64,000 nucleotides of DNA from Bacillota bacterium (GTDB lineage: Bacteria > Bacillota > Sulfobacillia > JBFMBV01), in the NCBI GenBank assembly GCA_040755005.1, contig JBFMBV010000005.1, positions 26,767 through 90,766 of the forward strand, in the 5' to 3' direction. The notes beneath the pieces are model-generated. The model did not search any database. It was not told the DNA's origin and saw only the letters and a list, made by a program, of their open reading frames with translations. Positions 29,646 to 38,085 of the stretch are shown piece by piece; positions within the stretch are counted from its first letter, which is position 1; every line of letters starts with the position of its first letter. The position numbers and the translations under genes were made by a program.

Positions 29646-30512
29646 CTAGTCAACGGTGACCAGGGTGGGCACCGCGGCCAGGACTTCGTCATCCCAACCC
29701 CCGAAGGCCTCGGCGCCCAGTTTGATCATGGTGCGGTGGCGCAGATCCTGCCCGAACAGGCGCGAGGTGTAGCAGTCCAGCTCGGCGGGACGTTCGCCGA
29801 TGGCCACCAGGCGAAGGTCGCGGTAGACGTCGTAGCGCTCCCAGGGTGTGGTGTAGCGGCCATCCTCGGTGTAGACGATGCAGCTGTGGATGGCCTCGCA
29901 GACGTTGACCACCTTGAACAGGGCGCGGTACACTTTGTTGATGTCCAGGATGGCCTGGGGCAGGTTGGTGTGGTAGTTGAAGCGGGACGGGAAGGGCAAC
30001 AGCCCGAACATGTTCTTCAGGCACAGGCTGAACTCGTCCGAGGTGGGCGAGGTCACCTTGGCGTGGCAGAAGTCGATCAGCTTCTGCCCCCGCCGTTCGA
30101 ACAGCTCGGCCGGGACCAAGCGGTAGTACTCCTTGAAGTGCAGGGGCCCGAAGGCCGCCTCGACGATCTCCCGCACGGCCCGTTCAGGGGCGAGCTCACC
30201 GCGCCAGTAGGCCTCGGTGAGGTTGAAGTATGTAGCCCCGTGGCTCTGCAGAGCGTCGGCGTTGCCCGTGTGGCTAAGGTACCAGGATTCCTGTTGTCTG
30301 ATCCAGTCGGCATGCTCTCTGGCCTCTCCCGGGGGGATGTCCCCGGAGCCGTCGTTGCGGGCGTGGGAGTGGCTTTCGATCACCGTGGCCGGCTGCCTGA
30401 GGGCCGCCAGGAGATAGCCCAGGGTCTGGCCGCTGGTGTAGTTGCCTTCCCTGGCGTCGAACCAGTTGGGCTTCACCAGTACGGGCTCATCGCCTACGCC
30501 GAACTCGGCCAA
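29646..30512 (-). CDS. DUF362 domain protein (copy 1)
   Basis: PVLVKPNW and LKNMFGLLP are DUF362-like motifs. The listed TTG start is at 30512, but conserved-looking sequence and a perfect SD point to an in-frame ATA at 30569 (see findings). Confidence 0.65.
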   Translation of the reverse strand: MAEFGVGDEPVLVKPNWFDAREGNYTSGQTLGYLLAALRQPATVIESHSHARNDGSGDIPPGEAREHADWIRQQESWYLSHTGNADALQSHGATYFNLTEAYWRGELAPERAVREIVEAAFGPLHFKEYYRLVPAELFERRGQKLIDFCHAKVTSPTSDEFSLCLKNMFGLLPFPSRFNYHTNLPQAILDINKVYRALFKVVNVCEAIHSCIVYTEDGRYTTPWERYDVYRDLRLVAIGERPAELDCYTSRLFGQDLRHRTMIKLGAEAFGGWDDEVLAAVPTLVTVD

Positions 30513-30738
30513 CAGGTCGGCAAGGTCTGAGGGCTGGCGTACGATGGTGTGTTTGACGCGGGCTGGTATGGGAAGTCGCCTCCTTCCACTTGACTATCCA
30601 TGCGTGTTCGGCAAGGGTGTGAAGCACACCTGCTTGGGAAGGGTGTCAAGTTCAATCCTAGCATACCCTAGAGGAAGCTGTATATGGGCAGGGAAGAGGG
30701 GACCATCCTAGCATGGCCAGACCGAGGAGGTAGCGAGC

Positions 30739-30927
30739 TTGAAACTAAAGGTCGACCCCGAACTGTGCATCAGCTGCGGACTCTGCATCAACATGGCCCC
30801 TGCGGTCTTCGATTGGGACGAGGACGAGAAGGCCAAGGTCATCGTGGACGAAGTCCCTTCCCGCCTCGAAGCCGAGGCGACAGATGCCCAGCAGTCGTGC
30901 CCCACCGAGGCCATCAAGGACGCCTGA
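30739..30927 (+). CDS. small single-cluster ferredoxin
   Basis: CISCGLC...CPTEAI cluster ligands. TTG start 8 nt after GAGGAGG. Confidence 0.8.
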   Translation: MKLKVDPELCISCGLCINMAPAVFDWDEDEKAKVIVDEVPSRLEAEATDAQQSCPTEAIKDA

Positions 30928-30931
30928 CGCC

Positions 30932-31984
30932 TTAGCTGAGGACGGGGCGGCCCTGAGCCCTGAGCATGTCATCCACGGCCAGGGCGTAGGCGGCGGCCAT
31001 CAGGCCGTAGGCCCGGTAGTCGCCGGCAAACGCCTCGAGGGCTCGCTTGGCCTCGGTGAGGTACCTGCCGGGCCGGTGCCCATCGAGCTCGACGAACCAG
31101 CGCGTCAGCTTGGAGTTGTCCTCAAGGTCATAACGCGGACGGGCCAGGGCCCCGACATCGTCTGCAGCCGGGAGGCGGTCGCGGAACGCGCCGGATGCGC
31201 TCTGGAGATGGTCCAGGCACCAGCGGGCCAGGTCCTCGGAGGCCCGGAGCCAGTGCTGATCCCCGGTGCACTGGTAGGCAGCCAGCAGGGCGTGGCCGAC
31301 CGAGACCTGATCGTGCAGCAGGCCGGGCAAGTGGGCCTTACCCTGCAGGTAGTATTGGTGGACCGAACCGTCCGGGGAGAGGCAGCGTTCCAGGACGAAG
31401 GACGGGGTGTCCAGGGCCTGTTGCGCCCACTGGCCGGTCTTCAGCGCCACTGCAGCTGCCAGGTGCGCCCTGACGGCGAGGCCGTTCCAGTTGACGTACA
31501 TGGTGCGGTCGATGTAGGGCGGTGTCATCCTGGCCCTGCCTGCTGCATCGGCCGCGTAGTACTCCTCGTCTGCGTCTTGGCTGCCTGACCAGCACGGGGG
31601 GTCGTCCTGGCGGAGGGAAGCGTTCAGGTACTTGAGCACATCCCGGACGAGGTACCGTCGCACACCCAGGGACTGGCCAGTGGCGGCGCGCACCTCCAGC
31701 AGCCCGGCGTTGTCCTCCAGCATTTGCTCGAAGTGGGGGATGGACCAGTCCCGGGTCGTTGAGTAGCGGAAGAAGCCTCCGGCCACATGATCATACATGC
31801 CCCGGCCAGCCATGCCGTCCAGGGTGGTGATGACGACTTGCCGCCAGAAACCGTCCCCGCCTTGGGCTTCCCTGAGCGCTAGCCAGACAGCGTCGACCAT
31901 GGGGAACTTCGTCCCGCGGCCGAAACCCCCGTGGGGCGCCTGTCGGTGTCCACCCGGATGGGGTGAACTGCTCGTTGACTAGTG
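30932..31984 (-). pseudogene. YyaL-like thioredoxin-domain (DUF255) protein, middle and C-terminal fragments
   Basis: GGFFRYSTTRDWSIPHFEQMLEDNAGLL and HGGFGRGTKFPMVD are in one frame. (A)LVNEQFTPIRVDTDRRP is in another frame at 31932-31984. The ~100 aa normally lying between them are missing. Confidence 0.7.
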
Positions 31985-31998
31985 CCTTACGGTTTACG

Positions 31999-32280
31999 AA
32001 ACCGTAATAACACGTTCACCACACTGGTGAGCTGGCGGCCTTTCTCAGTCAACTGCTACTTGCGCTGATTGGGCAGCTTGCGAATCACACCATGATCCCG
32101 GCGTAGGCGAAGGTGACGAGAGATCCGGGCCGATAGAGACTTGTCTTCCTTGCCGTTGGCCCACGGTGTGTCGGCTAGCGCGCCCCGCAATGTCCTATTC
32201 GTAATGCCGGACATCCCTTGCGCAGGGTCAGCAATAGCTTGCAGCAAAGCCACCACTTTGAAGCGGTCCGGACGGTTCAT
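31999..32280 (-). pseudogene. C-terminal remnant of a transposase-associated wHTH-like protein with internal TAG
   Basis: ...GITNRTLRGAL...SARISRHLRLRRDHGVIRKLPNQRK-TAG-QLTEKGRQLT... The motif continues in frame across the stop. The N-terminal catalytic part is absent, and the family is not identified. Confidence 0.4.
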
Positions 32281-32418
32281 TGTTGTTGTATCGCTGGGGG
32301 CTTGCCTGTGCAAGTTGAAAGCAGAAAGCCGAACGGTGAGCGGTAAGAGTGCGGCAAGCAGGAGATGTCTTTCCTGTTGGAGAATATTTCCGGTTAATGA
32401 CGGTCGGGAGGGAGAAGC

Positions 32419-33690
32419 ATGAACCGGGTTGTTGTGGTCCCTGCTAATGGGGATATTGCGGGCGCGGTGGAAACTATTTTTGAACGGTGCGGCGGCCTGG
32501 AGAAGCTTCTGGGGGGGAGGACCCGGGCCTGGATCAAGGTAAACGCCATCGATTGCCGCCCCGAGACTTACACGTCGCCGGAGGTGCTGGAGGCGGTTAT
32601 CAGGGTCTTTAGAAACCACGGCCTCTCCGATATCCGCGTGATCGAGAACTGCACCCAGGGCAACTTCACCCGCCTTGTTTTCGCCGCGACCGAGCTGGGC
32701 AAGGTTTGCCGGCGCCAGGGCGCGCGGCCGCTCTTCCTGGATGAGCAACCGGTGATCGAGCTGGCGCTGTCGGGCCTGGAGCAGAAAGCCCGCTTCCCCC
32801 GGGTTGTCGCGGAGGAACTGTGCGCGGCGGAACGGCAAGTATTCTTCCTGAACCTGCCCCGGCTGAAAACCCACTCCATGACCGTGGTCACTTTGGGGAT
32901 CAAGAATCTGCTGGGCCTGATGGACCAGCGCGACAGGATGCACGATCACAACCACAGCCTGCACGGCAGGCTGGCCGCCCTGGGCAGCCTTTTCCGTCCC
33001 GACTTCACCATCGTGGACGGGATCAAGGCGGTCTACCACGGCCACTACCCACCGTCTTCGGTAACGGAGCGCTGCCTGGCCCCCCTGGGGGTCCTGGTGG
33101 GAGGGGCGGAGATGATCGCGGTGGACATTGTGGCCGCGCGCATTCTCGGATACAGCGTGGCGGAAGTGCCGCATCTCGCACTGGCGGTGAAGAGTCGGGG
33201 CGGCTGTGTAGATTCAATCGAAGTTGACGGCGACTTGAGTGCTCTTACGAGGAAGTACCCTTATACCCTGCTGCCCGATATGCCGCCTGATGTGCGGATC
33301 TTAAGGGGTCGCGAGCGCTGCTGCCCGGAAGGGTGCCGCTTGAATACCGAGGCGGTATTGCAGTTTCTCTACCTGGACCATCGCGGGCGGGGCGGCTTCA
33401 CCATCCTCATGGGCAAGGGCTTCGACAGCGCCGTGCTGGAGGAGGTAACGGGGCCGGTTTTGCTGGCCGGGAAATGCGCCGTTGAGGAAACCGGCGCTTA
33501 TTTCCGGCGCAAGGCTTCGGGCCGGGTTTATCAATCCCCGGCCTGCAATGATTTGGCTTCCACGGTAAAGGCTCTGACCAGGTTGATGAAGGTAAACCCG
33601 ATCAGATTGGTGCCGCTGCACCCGCTCCACAGCCTGGCCTTGCTGGCGGTCGCCCGCCTCAGGGGCAGTAAAGCCCGGGTGGCTCTTTAG
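32419..33690 (+). CDS. DUF362 domain protein (copy 2)
   Basis: WIKVNAI..., LPRLKTHSMTVVTLGIKNLLGL is a DUF362 core motif. ATG 6 nt after GGGAGGG. Lower GC than its surroundings. Confidence 0.7.
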   Translation: MNRVVVVPANGDIAGAVETIFERCGGLEKLLGGRTRAWIKVNAIDCRPETYTSPEVLEAVIRVFRNHGLSDIRVIENCTQGNFTRLVFAATELGKVCRRQGARPLFLDEQPVIELALSGLEQKARFPRVVAEELCAAERQVFFLNLPRLKTHSMTVVTLGIKNLLGLMDQRDRMHDHNHSLHGRLAALGSLFRPDFTIVDGIKAVYHGHYPPSSVTERCLAPLGVLVGGAEMIAVDIVAARILGYSVAEVPHLALAVKSRGGCVDSIEVDGDLSALTRKYPYTLLPDMPPDVRILRGRERCCPEGCRLNTEAVLQFLYLDHRGRGGFTILMGKGFDSAVLEEVTGPVLLAGKCAVEETGAYFRRKASGRVYQSPACNDLASTVKALTRLMKVNPIRLVPLHPLHSLALLAVARLRGSKARVAL

Positions 33691-33704
33691 CCTATCACAG
33701 TATA

Positions 33705-33848
33705 TTAATAAACCAATTTTTCAATGCCTTCCGGTTGTGGACAGGGTAAGCGCTCTGCCTGCGCCCGGTCGAAGATCCCGCCGTCCCACTCCGACCAGTT
33801 GATCTCGCCCGCGCGGTTGGGCCGTGGTGAGAAGTGGTGGCCTTCCAT
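33705..33848 (-). pseudogene. N-terminal fragment of the yyaL-like thioredoxin-domain gene
   Basis: GAGGAGG-caacg-ATG, then MEGHHFSPRPNRAGEINWSEWDGGIFDRAQAERLP (DUF255/Thioredoxin_7-like N-terminus). It then diverges into AT-rich sequence and stops. Below the ORF-track length cut-off. Confidence 0.5.
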
Positions 33849-33944
33849 CGTTGCCTCCTCAGGGCTGTCCCTAGTATTCCTGTAGTGAAGGAGCTTCTAT
33901 GATGCCGTGCCGCGCATCAGGAGCCCGTCGATAGAAGGCTCATC

Positions 33945-33973
33945 TTGACAACCGGCCGGCCGTCTTCTATAAA
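33945..33973 (+). promoter_or_regulatory. sigma-A-type promoter (TTGACA-17-TATAAA)
   Basis: Consensus -35 and near-consensus -10, 36 nt upstream of the FmdB-family gene. Confidence 0.55.
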
Positions 33974-34008
33974 GGGAACTAGACATATCACAACTAGGAG
34001 GCTCGGCA

Positions 34009-34287
34009 GTGCCTATCTATGACTATGCCTGCAGCGCATGCGGCCGGTTCGAGGCAGAGCACCCGATTAGCGCACCGCCGCTAGCCGCTTGCCCGACTTG
34101 CGGCAGGGCCGTGACCAAGCTCGTCAGCAGGAACGTTGGCATCGTGTTCAAGGGCCCGGGGTTCTACATCACGGACTCCCGCAAGCAGGCGGGCGCGGGT
34201 GAAGACACCAAGGCCGCGGACAAACCGGAGGGCAAGCTGGCGTCGCCGACCAAGACCGACACTCCCGGCGCCTCCGCAGCCAAGTGA
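34009..34287 (+). CDS. FmdB-family zinc-ribbon protein
   Basis: MPIYDYACSACGRFE...CPTCG (CxxC...CxxC). Confidence 0.8.
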   Translation: MPIYDYACSACGRFEAEHPISAPPLAACPTCGRAVTKLVSRNVGIVFKGPGFYITDSRKQAGAGEDTKAADKPEGKLASPTKTDTPGASAAK

Positions 34288-35168
34288 GGCGGCGGACGGA
34301 AGGCCCGGGCATCAGGCTCATCGCCATCGATCTTGACGGTACCCTGCTCAACTCCGACCGCAAGATCGCACCGGTGACGGCAGCTGCCATCGACCGGGCG
34401 GCCAGCACGGGGGTGCGCGTAATCCTGGCCACAGGACGCCGGTACCATGCAGCTAACCCCTTCATCAGTGCCTTGACGCTGCCTGGCCCCCACATCGTCA
34501 ATGACGGCGCCCTGATCGTCGCTGCGCAGGGACAGCCCCTGTGGAGTCGCGGCATCAGCCCGCGCGGGGCCCGCCGTGCCCTGCGCGTGGCGCGCACTGC
34601 AGGCTACAGCGCGGTCATCTACCGGCACCGCCTGGACGGACCCGATGTGTTCTACCAGGACGAACCGCAGTTGCCTACCTTCCGGGAGTATCTGGCCAGC
34701 GAAGGCGATCGGGTGCGGCGCGTTCCCGACCTCCTCGGCTTCTGCGACTTCCCGCCCGAGAAAATCTCCATCGCCTGCCCGGATGAGGCGGCGCCGGGCC
34801 TGCGGGTGGCGTTGGAGGCAGCGGCCAAAGGCAGCTACCACCTGACGGTCACCGCAGCCCCCGGGGGCTTTAAGTATGTACAGGTGGTCGCGGCGACGTG
34901 CAGCAAGGGGCGGGCCTTGAGACGCCTGGCCCTTATGTGCGGCATCGCCCGCAGCCAGGTAGCGGCCATCGGCGACGAGGAGAACGACCTGTCCATGCTA
35001 GAGTTTGCCGGCGTCGGCGTAGCCATGGGCAACGCCAGGGACGAGGTCAAACACAGGGCGCGGCTGGTCACGGGGACCAACGATGACCATGGCGTGGCCG
35101 CCGCGCTGGAACGCCTGCTCTGTCCGGGAGGGACCGTGCGTGCTGGTGAGGGAGTATCGTCCGGCTGA
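34284..35168 (+). CDS. Cof-type HAD-IIB family hydrolase
   Basis: IAIDLDGTLL, ATGR, GDEENDLSML, GNA motifs. Confidence 0.85.
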   Translation: MRRRTEGPGIRLIAIDLDGTLLNSDRKIAPVTAAAIDRAASTGVRVILATGRRYHAANPFISALTLPGPHIVNDGALIVAAQGQPLWSRGISPRGARRALRVARTAGYSAVIYRHRLDGPDVFYQDEPQLPTFREYLASEGDRVRRVPDLLGFCDFPPEKISIACPDEAAPGLRVALEAAAKGSYHLTVTAAPGGFKYVQVVAATCSKGRALRRLALMCGIARSQVAAIGDEENDLSMLEFAGVGVAMGNARDEVKHRARLVTGTNDDHGVAAALERLLCPGGTVRAGEGVSSG

Positions 35169-36003
35169 CGAGTGGGCCCTGGTCAGAGTGCTTACGGCAC
35201 TGGGTGTGCTGAGGCCGGAACGGTTGCTGAGTGACATCGCCGCCGGCAGTGTCCGGGTCTGGCTGGCCCTGGACCCCACCGGTCAGGCCAGGGCCTATGC
35301 TTCCGCTCGGCCATGGCAGAGCAGGCCGCATAGCTTGGGAATAGGGCTGTACTGCCCAGACGCTGAGGAGGGTGACCTCGCCCTGCTGGCTGCGGACCTG
35401 GCCCGCCACGCCTGGGCTCAGGCCTCCGGCGACGACCCGCGGCTGGAGGAAGCCATCCTCTTCCCGGTGAGGGATGACTGGCTCGCCTGCCTGGCTGCCG
35501 ACGGCTGGTCGGTCATCCAGCAGATCGTGAAGTACCGGCGGGAGCCCGCGCCTACCGGTCCCATCCCTGCGCCAGACCCCAGCGCCCAGATCCGGCCCTT
35601 CACCCCTGACGACCTCGCCGCAGTCCTTGCCGTCGAACAGGCCGCCTTCCCAGCCCTCTGGTGGATGGATGCCAGCGATTTCCGCCGGTCTGCCGAGGCC
35701 GCCCAAGCCAACTTCGCCGTCGCCACGGTCGGCGGGTCCATCATCGGCTACCTGATCGGCTACCATGGCAACCCGCCCAACGGATATGTGGGGCGCCTGG
35801 GAGTCCACCCGCGTCACCAGGGCAAAGGCTTCGGCCGGTGGATGCTGGCCTACGCCCTGGACCGCCTGGCGGAGAAGGGGTGTGCAGCTGTTGAGCTGTC
35901 CACGCAGTACGAGAACCAGACCTCGCGGGGGTTGTATGAGGGGTTTGGCTTTGTGCAGACGGGGCACTACTGGATGGCTAGCAAGCGCACGGCGCCGGGC
36001 TAG
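35140..36003 (+). CDS. GNAT family N-acetyltransferase (two GNAT-like halves)
   Basis: C-terminal half carries RLGVHPRHQGKGFGRWML...YEGFGF. GTG at 35140 lies 7 nt after GGGAGGG and overlaps the HAD gene's end. Confidence 0.75.
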   Translation: MLVREYRPADEWALVRVLTALGVLRPERLLSDIAAGSVRVWLALDPTGQARAYASARPWQSRPHSLGIGLYCPDAEEGDLALLAADLARHAWAQASGDDPRLEEAILFPVRDDWLACLAADGWSVIQQIVKYRREPAPTGPIPAPDPSAQIRPFTPDDLAAVLAVEQAAFPALWWMDASDFRRSAEAAQANFAVATVGGSIIGYLIGYHGNPPNGYVGRLGVHPRHQGKGFGRWMLAYALDRLAEKGCAAVELSTQYENQTSRGLYEGFGFVQTGHYWMASKRTAPG

Positions 36004-36057
36004 GTGGGTGCCGGTCAAGTCACTAAGCCTAGAGGCTCTGCGGTGGGAGTGGTACAG

Positions 36058-36822
36058 ATGAAGCTACGTGTAGCGCTGGCAGGGGCGGCGGGACGCATGG
36101 GACGGACAGTGGCCAGGGCCGTGCTTGGCCAACCCGATCTGGAACTGGTGGGCGCCGTAGACCCGGCGGAAGCCGGCGAGGATATGGGCTCCTTGCTCGA
36201 TCTCCCGCAGACCGGCATCATCCTCCAGGCCGCGCTGGCATCATGCCTGGACGCAGCTCGAGCCGATGTGCTGATCGACTTCACCCATCCGTCCACAGTC
36301 AAGGGTCACGCCCTGGCGGCCATCGCCCGTGGTGTCAGGCCGGTCATCGGCACTACCGGACTGACGCTCGCAGACATAGAGGAACTGGCCGCGGCATGCC
36401 GGGCTAAAGGCCTGGGGGCCGTAGTCGCCCCCAACTTCGCCATTGGGGCCATGCTGCTGATGCGCTTCGCAGAGCTGGCCGCTGCTTACCTACCTAGCGC
36501 GGGCATCCTGGAGATCCACCACGAACGCAAGGTCGACCGGCCGTCAGGCACGGCCCTCCGGCTGGGGGAGGCCATCGGCCGCGGCCGCAGCACCGGTGAA
36601 GGTAGCGGTGGCAGCGGACTGGAGATCCACAGCCTGCGCATGCAGGGCGTCTTGGCCCAGCACCACGTGCACTTTGGTGGGCCCGGTGAGACTCTGGTCC
36701 TGACCCATGAGAGCGTGGATCGGGATTGCTTTCTGCCGGGGCTGCTCCTGGCGGTGCGGTCCGTCATGACCCAGTCCACGCTTATCGTTGGCCTGGACGC
36801 CCTGATGGGCCTTAGGGCATAA
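36058..36822 (+). CDS. dapB: 4-hydroxy-tetrahydrodipicolinate reductase
   Basis: GAAGRMG, EIHHERKVDRPSGTA. Confidence 0.9.
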   Translation: MKLRVALAGAAGRMGRTVARAVLGQPDLELVGAVDPAEAGEDMGSLLDLPQTGIILQAALASCLDAARADVLIDFTHPSTVKGHALAAIARGVRPVIGTTGLTLADIEELAAACRAKGLGAVVAPNFAIGAMLLMRFAELAAAYLPSAGILEIHHERKVDRPSGTALRLGEAIGRGRSTGEGSGGSGLEIHSLRMQGVLAQHHVHFGGPGETLVLTHESVDRDCFLPGLLLAVRSVMTQSTLIVGLDALMGLRA

Positions 36823-36884
36823 AAGTGGCGCCCGCACAACCACACTAACCCCAGGGCCTGTACACGGTTCTGGAGGTGGTGGGG

Positions 36885-37082
36885 ATGTTGTTGGCTGTGA
36901 CGGCTGCGCCCACGACGCCGGTTGCGGCGTGGTGGTGGTGGGCCGCCGGGGCCATCTTGATCGTGGCGGCGTTGTGGATCTGGGCCTGGGTCAGGCCGCG
37001 CACGGGAGTCGTGACCGGTGGCACCCGTGAAGAAATCGACAGACGCAGTGATGCCGAGGGGGAAGACCGCGAAGCGCACTAG
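36885..37082 (+). CDS. small Trp-rich membrane protein (hypothetical)
   Basis: ATG 8 nt after GGAGG, one or two TM segments, and a charged tail. No family recognised. Confidence 0.35.
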   Translation: MLLAVTAAPTTPVAAWWWWAAGAILIVAALWIWAWVRPRTGVVTGGTREEIDRRSDAEGEDREAH

Positions 37083-37228
37083 CCTGCGTGAACCGCCTGC
37101 TCCCGGCAATCGGTATGGCCGCGCCGAGGATGTCGCATCCGGCGCGGCCTGTCACATTGTGGGAGGAGACTCCTGCTAGACAGAGAACTACACCATGTCC
37201 AAGTGTGTCGACGCAGGGGGCGAGGTCC

Positions 37229-38029
37229 ATGAGTAAAGGGCGGCCGTTGTGGTTCATCGATGCCAAGTGGGTAGCAGGCATCATCTGTGTGCTCGTACTG
37301 CACGCCTACCTCTTCTTAGTGGCGTTGGGGGGAGTGGCAAGCCCCCAAGTCTCAGTGGCCCTCGGCACCGTGGTCTTGAGCGAACTGCTGGGTGACTCTG
37401 TACGCAGCAACTTCACCAACATCCAGCGCTGGGCCAAGGCCAACCCAAGCAGGTCGTTGGCGGCCATGGGGCTGCCTGAGGTAGGCCTGACCGGCAAGGA
37501 CGTGTTCGGCCTGACCGCTGACCAGCTGACAGCACGCATCGCCGAGGGTCTGGCCAAAGCGCTGGTCCAGGGCCAGCTGGACTTGACTGACCTGGAGCGG
37601 CTAGCACCCGGTGCCGACGCGATGCTGCCGCTGACGATCCTGACCGGCACCCTCGGGTTCATCGGGACTGACGCATCCCGCATCCTCAGCAGGGCCGCCC
37701 TGGTCCCCTTGCCCCTCCTGGCCACGTTCGCCATTATGCTACTTGTGTTCAGTTACCGGTTTGGCAAGCTCATCAGTCTCGGGGTGGCTGCACTGTGCGC
37801 GGCGCTGCCCGGCTTCATGCTGGCCAAGGCCCTTAGCTGGGCTACCAGGGCCCTGGGTGATGAGCTCATCGGCACGGCGGTTACGGCAGTTCTCGCGTCG
37901 GCGGGCAGGCCCTTCAACCTCGCTGTGTCCATAGGTGCGGGCTTGGTCGTCCTGGGAATAGCTGGCAGCAAGGTCTTGCGTCCCGAGCAGGGGTCCACCA
38001 TCCAGGCAGCCAGTCGCCCCGATGCTTGA
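37229..38029 (+). CDS. hypothetical polytopic membrane protein
   Basis: Hydrophobic ORF whose stop overlaps the next gene's ORF. No motif recognised. Confidence 0.5.
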   Translation: MSKGRPLWFIDAKWVAGIICVLVLHAYLFLVALGGVASPQVSVALGTVVLSELLGDSVRSNFTNIQRWAKANPSRSLAAMGLPEVGLTGKDVFGLTADQLTARIAEGLAKALVQGQLDLTDLERLAPGADAMLPLTILTGTLGFIGTDASRILSRAALVPLPLLATFAIMLLVFSYRFGKLISLGVAALCAALPGFMLAKALSWATRALGDELIGTAVTAVLASAGRPFNLAVSIGAGLVVLGIAGSKVLRPEQGSTIQAASRPDA

Positions 38030-38085
38030 GTGGGAGGGGACCAGGCAAAGGCCATGCGCCGTTCGTTCCAGCGGAGGTGGCAACA

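Larger units (their letters stand above)
31985..33744. mobile_element. ~1.76-kb lower-GC insertion (transposase-like remnant plus DUF362 cargo) interrupting the yyaL-like gene
   Basis: Flanked on both sides by yyaL-homologous sequence. Hand-counted GC of sampled lines is 52-60% versus ~68% in the core. No clear terminal inverted repeats. Confidence 0.35.

Noticed and set aside
29517-30530. 337-aa plus-strand ORF
   Set aside because: Antisense to DUF362 copy 1. Its Gly/Val/Ala/Asp-rich translation has no recognisable family features, and it overlaps the terminator hairpin.
32056-33174. 372-aa minus-strand ORF
   Set aside because: Most of it is antisense to DUF362 copy 2. Only the last ~74 codons (32056-32280) look like real protein sequence, and they are treated as a transposase-like remnant.
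31985-33744. Terminal inverted repeats or target-site duplication for the 1.76-kb insert
   Set aside because: Comparing both ends gave only a loose TTAC...AACCG resemblance. It is not enough to call IRs or a duplication, and the insertion is accompanied by a deletion.
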